Source: Mycolicibacterium smegmatis
Lineage (GTDB): Bacteria > Actinomycetota > Actinomycetes > Mycobacteriales > Mycobacteriaceae
Reading direction: 5' to 3'
Assembly (NCBI RefSeq): GCF_001457595.1
Contig: NZ_LN831039.1
Location: 3,120,001-3,152,000, forward strand
Length of the DNA: 32,000 bases
This document shows positions 27,544 to 32,000 of this stretch, piece after piece. Below the pieces are notes generated by a model that saw only the letters and a list, made by a program, of their open reading frames with translations, ran no database searches and was not told the DNA's origin. The stretch's first letter is position 1. Each line of letters opens with the position of its first letter. The position numbers and the translations under genes were made by a program.

Positions 27544-27697
27544 CCGAAGTTGCCCGTCCCTTCACCGGTTGGCTCACCGCCGCCTTCGACGCTGCGGTGC
27601 CGCTCCCACCGTACGGGCCAACCAGCCGAATTCCCCGCGAGCGGGTGAGGATGTCGCGTGCGATGCGCGCACCTGAACCTTGTGATGGGATTTGCGG

Positions 27698-30600
27698 ATG
27701 GGTATCAAAGTGGCGCTGGAGCACCGCACCAGCTACACGTTCGACCGGCTCGTCGAGATCCATCCGCATGTCGTGCGGCTGCGTCCGGCGCCGCACTGCC
27801 GCACGCCCATCGATGCGTATTCGCTCACGGTCGAACCGGCCGATCACTTCATCAACTGGCAGCAGGATGCGTTCGGAAACCATATGGCGCGCTTGGTGTT
27901 CCCCAATCGGGCGCGCGAACTCACCGTGACCGTCGGTCTGATCGCCGACCTCAAGGTGATCAACCCGTTCGACTTCTTCATCGAGGACTACGCCGAGACG
28001 GTCCCGTTCGAGTACCCCCGTGCACTGCGCGAAGATCTCAAGCCCTATCTGCGCCCGGTCGACGAGGGCGCCGAGGGCTCGGGTCCGGGTGAACTGTGCG
28101 CCGCCTGGGTGAGCAATTTCACGATGCCGCCGGGGACCGCGACGATCCAGTTCCTGGTGGCGCTCAACCAGGCCGTCAACGCCGATGTCGGCTACAGCGT
28201 CCGCATGGAGGCGGGCGTGCAGACGCCCGACCACACGTTGCGCACGGGCATCGGATCATGCCGTGACTCGGCCTGGCTGCTGGTGTCCATCCTGCGGCAA
28301 CTCGGGTTCGCGGCGCGGTTCGTCTCGGGATACCTCGTCCAGCTCACCTCCGACGTGGAAGCGCTCGACGGACCGTCGGGACCCGCGGCCGACTTCACCG
28401 ACCTGCACGCCTGGACCGAGGTCTACATACCCGGCGCCGGGTGGATCGGCCTCGACCCCACCTCGGGACTGTTCGCCGGGGAGGGACACATCCCGCTGTC
28501 GGCGACGCCGCATCCGGAGTCGGCCGCGCCGGTCACCGGCGCGACCGGGGTCTGTGAGGCCTCCCTGGAGTTCTCCAACGTGGTCACCCGCGTACACGAG
28601 GACCCGCGGGTGACGCTGCCGTACACCGACGCCGCGTGGGCATCGATCGTGGACCTCGGCGGCCGCGTCGACAGGCGTCTGGCCGACGCCGACGTGCGCC
28701 TCACGATGGGCGGCGAACCGACGTTCGTCTCGATCGACAACCAGGTCGACCCCGAGTGGACCACCGACGCCGACGGACCGCACAAGCGCGAACGCGCCTC
28801 GGCGCTGGCCGCCCGGCTCAAGAACGTCTGGGCGCCAGGCGGACTCGTACAACGCAGCCAGGGCAAGTGGTATCCCGGTGAACCCCTGCCGCGGTGGCAG
28901 ATCGCGCTGTACTGGCGCACCGACGGCCTGCCGCTGTGGACCGACGCGGAACTGCTGGCCGATCCGTGGTCCGGCAAGACCCGCGAGGTCGCCCCCGATG
29001 CGGCCGAGCGTCTGCTGTCGGAGATCGCGGCCGGCCTCGGCCTGCCGGGCACCCAGGTGCGGCCGGCGTTCGAGGATCCGCTGAGCCGGCTGGCGGCCGC
29101 CGTGCGACTGCCTGCCGGTGACCCGGTGGGCGCCGACGAGGATCTGGCCGAGGACGGCGCCGACGCCAGGGCGGAGCTGCTGGCGCGCCTCGAGTCGCCG
29201 GTCGACGCGCCTGCCGCGCACGTACTTCCGCTGCACCGCGCCGACGACGGAACGGGCTGGGCGAGCGCGGACTGGCGGCTGCGGCGCGGCCGCATCGTAT
29301 TGCTCGACGGGGATTCGCCCGCAGGGCTTCGTCTGCCGCTGAACTCGATCAGCTGGCAGCCGCCGCGGCCGTCGTTCGAGGCCGACCCGCTGGCGGTGGA
29401 CACAGACACCGAACCGGCGCCCGGACGACGGACCGCGACCGTCGTCGACGCCGACGGTGCCCCCACCACCGCGCTGGTCGCCGAGATCCGCGACGGGCTG
29501 CTCTACGTCTTCCTGCCGCCCACCGCGGAGCTCGACGACTTCCTCGACCTCGTCGCGCGCGTCGAGGCCGCCGCGGCCGCCGTCGGTGTGCCCGTCGTCG
29601 TCGAGGGATACGGCCCGCCCACCGACCCACGGATCACCTCGACGACCATCACGCCCGACCCGGGCGTCATCGAGGTCAACGTGGCCCCCACGGCGAGCTT
29701 CGGCGAGCAGAACAAGCAGTTGGAGACCCTCTACGAGCAGGCCCGCCTGGCGCGGCTGTCCACCGAGTCGTTCGACGTCGACGGCACCCACAGCGGGACC
29801 GGCGGTGGCAACCACATCACGCTGGGCGGCATCACCCCGGCCGACTCACCGCTGTTGCGGCGCCCCGACCTGTTGGTCTCACTGCTGACCTACTGGCAGC
29901 GCCACCCCGCGCTGTCGTATCTGTTCGCGGGACGGTTCATCGGAACCACATCGCAGGCACCGCGCGTGGACGAGGGGCGCGCCGAGGCGCTCTACGAACT
30001 GGAGATCGCGTTCGCCGAGATCGCCCGACTCACCGCTACCGACGCCCCACAGCCGTGGGTCCTCGACCGCGCGCTGCGCCATCTGCTGACCGACATCACC
30101 GGCAACACCCACCGCGCGGAGTTCTGCATCGACAAGCTCTACAGTCCCGACGGCGCCCGCGGCCGCCTCGGCCTGCTGGAGCTGCGCGGCTTCGAGATGC
30201 CGCCGCACCACCAGATGGCGATGGTGCAGGCGCTGCTCGTCCGGTCGCTGGTGGCGTGGTTCTGGGACGAACCGCTGCGCGCCCCGCTGATCCGGCACGG
30301 GGCCAACCTGCACGGCCGATACCTGCTGCCGCACTTTCTGATTCGCGACATCGCCGACGTCGCGGCGGACCTGCGTGCGCACGGCATCGACTTCTTGACC
30401 AGCTGGCTCGACCCCTTCACCGAGTTTCGTTTCCCGCGGATCGGGACCGCGGTGTTCGACGGTGTCGAACTCGAACTGCGCGGCGCGATCGAACCGTGGA
30501 ACGTGCTGGGGGAGGAGTCGACGGCCGGCGGCACCGCGCGTTACGTCGACTCGTCGGTCGAGCGCATCCAGGTGCGCCTCGTGGGCGCCGATCGGGACCG

Positions 30601-31006
30601 CTACGTCGTGACGGCCAACGGCCATCCGATCCCGCTGCTTGCCACCGAGAAATCCGACGTGCAGGTGGGTGGCGTGCGGTACCGCGCGTGGCAGCCGCCC
30701 AGCGCTCTGCACCCGTCGATCACCGTCGACGGCCCGCTGCGGTTCGAGCTGATCGACACGGCAACCGGCACGTCAAAGGGCGGCTGCACGTACCACATCG
30801 TGCATCCGGGCGGCCGGTCCTACGACACCTCGCCGGTCAACGCGGTCGAGGCGGAATCGCGGCGCGGCCGCCGCTTCGAGGTCATCGGTTTCACGCCAGG
30901 AAAAGTGGACATGTCCGTCATTCGGGAGCGGCAGGCGCGCCAGTCCACCGATGTGGGTGCACCGGGGATTCTCGATCTGCGCCGGGTGCGTACCGTTCTT
31001 CGTTGA
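27698..31006 (+). CDS. Transglutaminase-like N-terminus fused to DUF2126 (putative amidoligase-type) domain
   Basis: 1102 aa from ATG 27698. IKVALEHRTSYTFDRLVEIHPHVVRLRPAPHCRTPI; transglutaminase core GSCRDSAWLL, DLHAWTEVYI, GLDPTSG; DUF2126 DVRLTMGGEPTFVSIDNQVDPEWTTDADGPHKR. Confidence 0.94.
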   Translation: MGIKVALEHRTSYTFDRLVEIHPHVVRLRPAPHCRTPIDAYSLTVEPADHFINWQQDAFGNHMARLVFPNRARELTVTVGLIADLKVINPFDFFIEDYAETVPFEYPRALREDLKPYLRPVDEGAEGSGPGELCAAWVSNFTMPPGTATIQFLVALNQAVNADVGYSVRMEAGVQTPDHTLRTGIGSCRDSAWLLVSILRQLGFAARFVSGYLVQLTSDVEALDGPSGPAADFTDLHAWTEVYIPGAGWIGLDPTSGLFAGEGHIPLSATPHPESAAPVTGATGVCEASLEFSNVVTRVHEDPRVTLPYTDAAWASIVDLGGRVDRRLADADVRLTMGGEPTFVSIDNQVDPEWTTDADGPHKRERASALAARLKNVWAPGGLVQRSQGKWYPGEPLPRWQIALYWRTDGLPLWTDAELLADPWSGKTREVAPDAAERLLSEIAAGLGLPGTQVRPAFEDPLSRLAAAVRLPAGDPVGADEDLAEDGADARAELLARLESPVDAPAAHVLPLHRADDGTGWASADWRLRRGRIVLLDGDSPAGLRLPLNSISWQPPRPSFEADPLAVDTDTEPAPGRRTATVVDADGAPTTALVAEIRDGLLYVFLPPTAELDDFLDLVARVEAAAAAVGVPVVVEGYGPPTDPRITSTTITPDPGVIEVNVAPTASFGEQNKQLETLYEQARLARLSTESFDVDGTHSGTGGGNHITLGGITPADSPLLRRPDLLVSLLTYWQRHPALSYLFAGRFIGTTSQAPRVDEGRAEALYELEIAFAEIARLTATDAPQPWVLDRALRHLLTDITGNTHRAEFCIDKLYSPDGARGRLGLLELRGFEMPPHHQMAMVQALLVRSLVAWFWDEPLRAPLIRHGANLHGRYLLPHFLIRDIADVAADLRAHGIDFLTSWLDPFTEFRFPRIGTAVFDGVELELRGAIEPWNVLGEESTAGGTARYVDSSVERIQVRLVGADRDRYVVTANGHPIPLLATEKSDVQVGGVRYRAWQPPSALHPSITVDGPLRFELIDTATGTSKGGCTYHIVHPGGRSYDTSPVNAVEAESRRGRRFEVIGFTPGKVDMSVIRERQARQSTDVGAPGILDLRRVRTVLR

Positions 31007-32000
31007 TGGTTCTACGCGCGAACGGCTCCCAGCCCACCTCGACCGCCGGCGCCGCCGGCGATCTCGGTGCGGGCTCCGACGTCTCAGGCGCCCCCGGTAT
31101 CCGGGATGTCGACGGAGTGCTCGAGAAGTACCGCCGCACCCGCCTGCAGCGGGCGCTGTTCGACGTGCGGGGTTCACAGGCCGGCACGGCCTACGACGAG
31201 TTCGTCGACACGGCGGGCGAGGTCCGCCCCGCATGGCGTGAGCTGGCCGAGTGTGTCTCCGAGCGCGGACGTTCCGGCCTCGACCGCCTGCGCGAACAGG
31301 TCAACGCCCTGGTCGACGCCGACGGCATCACCTACATCCAGGTCGACCGCCACGGTGAGATCGTCATCGACCGCGAGGGCGCCGCGATGCCGGGACCTTG
31401 GCATCTCGACGCGCTGCCGATGGTGATCTCCGCCGAAGAATGGGACGTGCTGGAGGCCGGCCTGGTGCAGCGTTCACGTCTGCTCGACGCAGTGCTGGCC
31501 GATCTGTACGGCGAGCGCCGCTCGATCACCAGTGGCGTGCTCCCGGCGCAGTTGCTGTTCTCCCATCCCGGCTATCTGCGGGCCGCCCACGGCATCACGG
31601 TGCCGGGTCGTCACCAATTGTTCCTGCACGGGTGTGACATCAGCCGCGGCGACGACGGCGCGTTCGTGGTCAACGCCGACTGGACCCAGGCCCCTTCCGG
31701 CGCCGGTTACGCACTGGCCGACCGGCGCGTCATCGCCCATGCGGTCTCGGAACTGTACGAGCGCATCGCGCCGCGGCCGGTGTCGCCATGGGCGCAGGCC
31801 CTACGCCTGGCCCTGATCGACGTCGCACCCGAATCCGCCGAGGAACCGGTGGTCGTGGTGCTGAGCCCCGGCATCCACTCGGAGACCGCGTTCGACCAGG
31901 CCTATCTGGCGGGCGTGCTCGGCTTCCCGCTGGTGGAGAGCGCCGATCTGGTGGTCCGCGACGGCAAGCTGTGGATGCGGTCGCTGGGCACCCTCAAACG
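31006..32000 (+). CDS. Circularly permuted type ATP-grasp family protein (N-terminal part, truncated by window end)
   Basis: ATG 31006 overlaps the previous TGA by 1 bp. The frame stays open to base 32000: MVLRANGSQ...YRRTRLQRALFDVRGSQAGTAYDEFVD...; LPAQLLFSHPGYLRAAHGI, LFLHGCDISRGDDGAFVVNADWTQAPSGAGYALADRRVIA. Not listed in the supplied track. Confidence 0.88.
   Translation, partial: MVLRANGSQPTSTAGAAGDLGAGSDVSGAPGIRDVDGVLEKYRRTRLQRALFDVRGSQAGTAYDEFVDTAGEVRPAWRELAECVSERGRSGLDRLREQVNALVDADGITYIQVDRHGEIVIDREGAAMPGPWHLDALPMVISAEEWDVLEAGLVQRSRLLDAVLADLYGERRSITSGVLPAQLLFSHPGYLRAAHGITVPGRHQLFLHGCDISRGDDGAFVVNADWTQAPSGAGYALADRRVIAHAVSELYERIAPRPVSPWAQALRLALIDVAPESAEEPVVVVLSPGIHSETAFDQAYLAGVLGFPLVESADLVVRDGKLWMRSLGTLK

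Noticed and set aside
28256-29815. 519-aa minus-strand ORF opposite the DUF2126 gene
   Set aside because: Arg/Gly/Val-rich shadow translation; the 1102-aa plus-strand protein is clearly the real gene.

Overview
High-GC actinobacterial chromosome segment. Gene content and codon usage look like a fast-growing Mycobacterium/Mycolicibacterium; this is inference, no database was searched. It is densely coding, with no rRNA, tRNA, CRISPR array, transposase or phage genes recognised. Main blocks, left to right: (1) a Bcr/CflA-type MFS exporter with an AT-rich inverted repeat on its putative promoter; (2) a possible catabolic module of two acyl-CoA dehydrogenases, an amidohydrolase and a TetR regulator, divergent from an LLM flavin/F420 oxidoreductase plus TesB-like thioesterase, with a shared 12-bp motif in both flanking intergenic regions; (3) housekeeping-type genes: DinB-like, DUF885, YpfJ-like zinc peptidase, carboxylesterase B, SRPBCC, aspS, Ddn-like nitroreductase; (4) a Baeyer-Villiger ketone degradation-like locus: aldehyde DH, Fe-ADH and 3-hydroxyacyl-CoA DH in one coupled operon, an AcoR-like activator lacking GAFTGA, an SDR, an alpha/beta hydrolase, a BVMO and a thiolase, followed by an HxlR regulator; (5) MmcQ/YjbR and GAP/Sap-like proteins; (6) the start of a transglutaminase/DUF2126 plus circularly permuted ATP-grasp locus, truncated by the window end. 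I do not see clear evidence for a wholly new kind of system. The most interesting candidates are the self-contained BVMO pathway with its atypical activator, the TetR-controlled module, and the transglutaminase/ATP-grasp pair. Start codons were adjusted from the ORF track where ribosome-binding sites or gene overlaps supported it.
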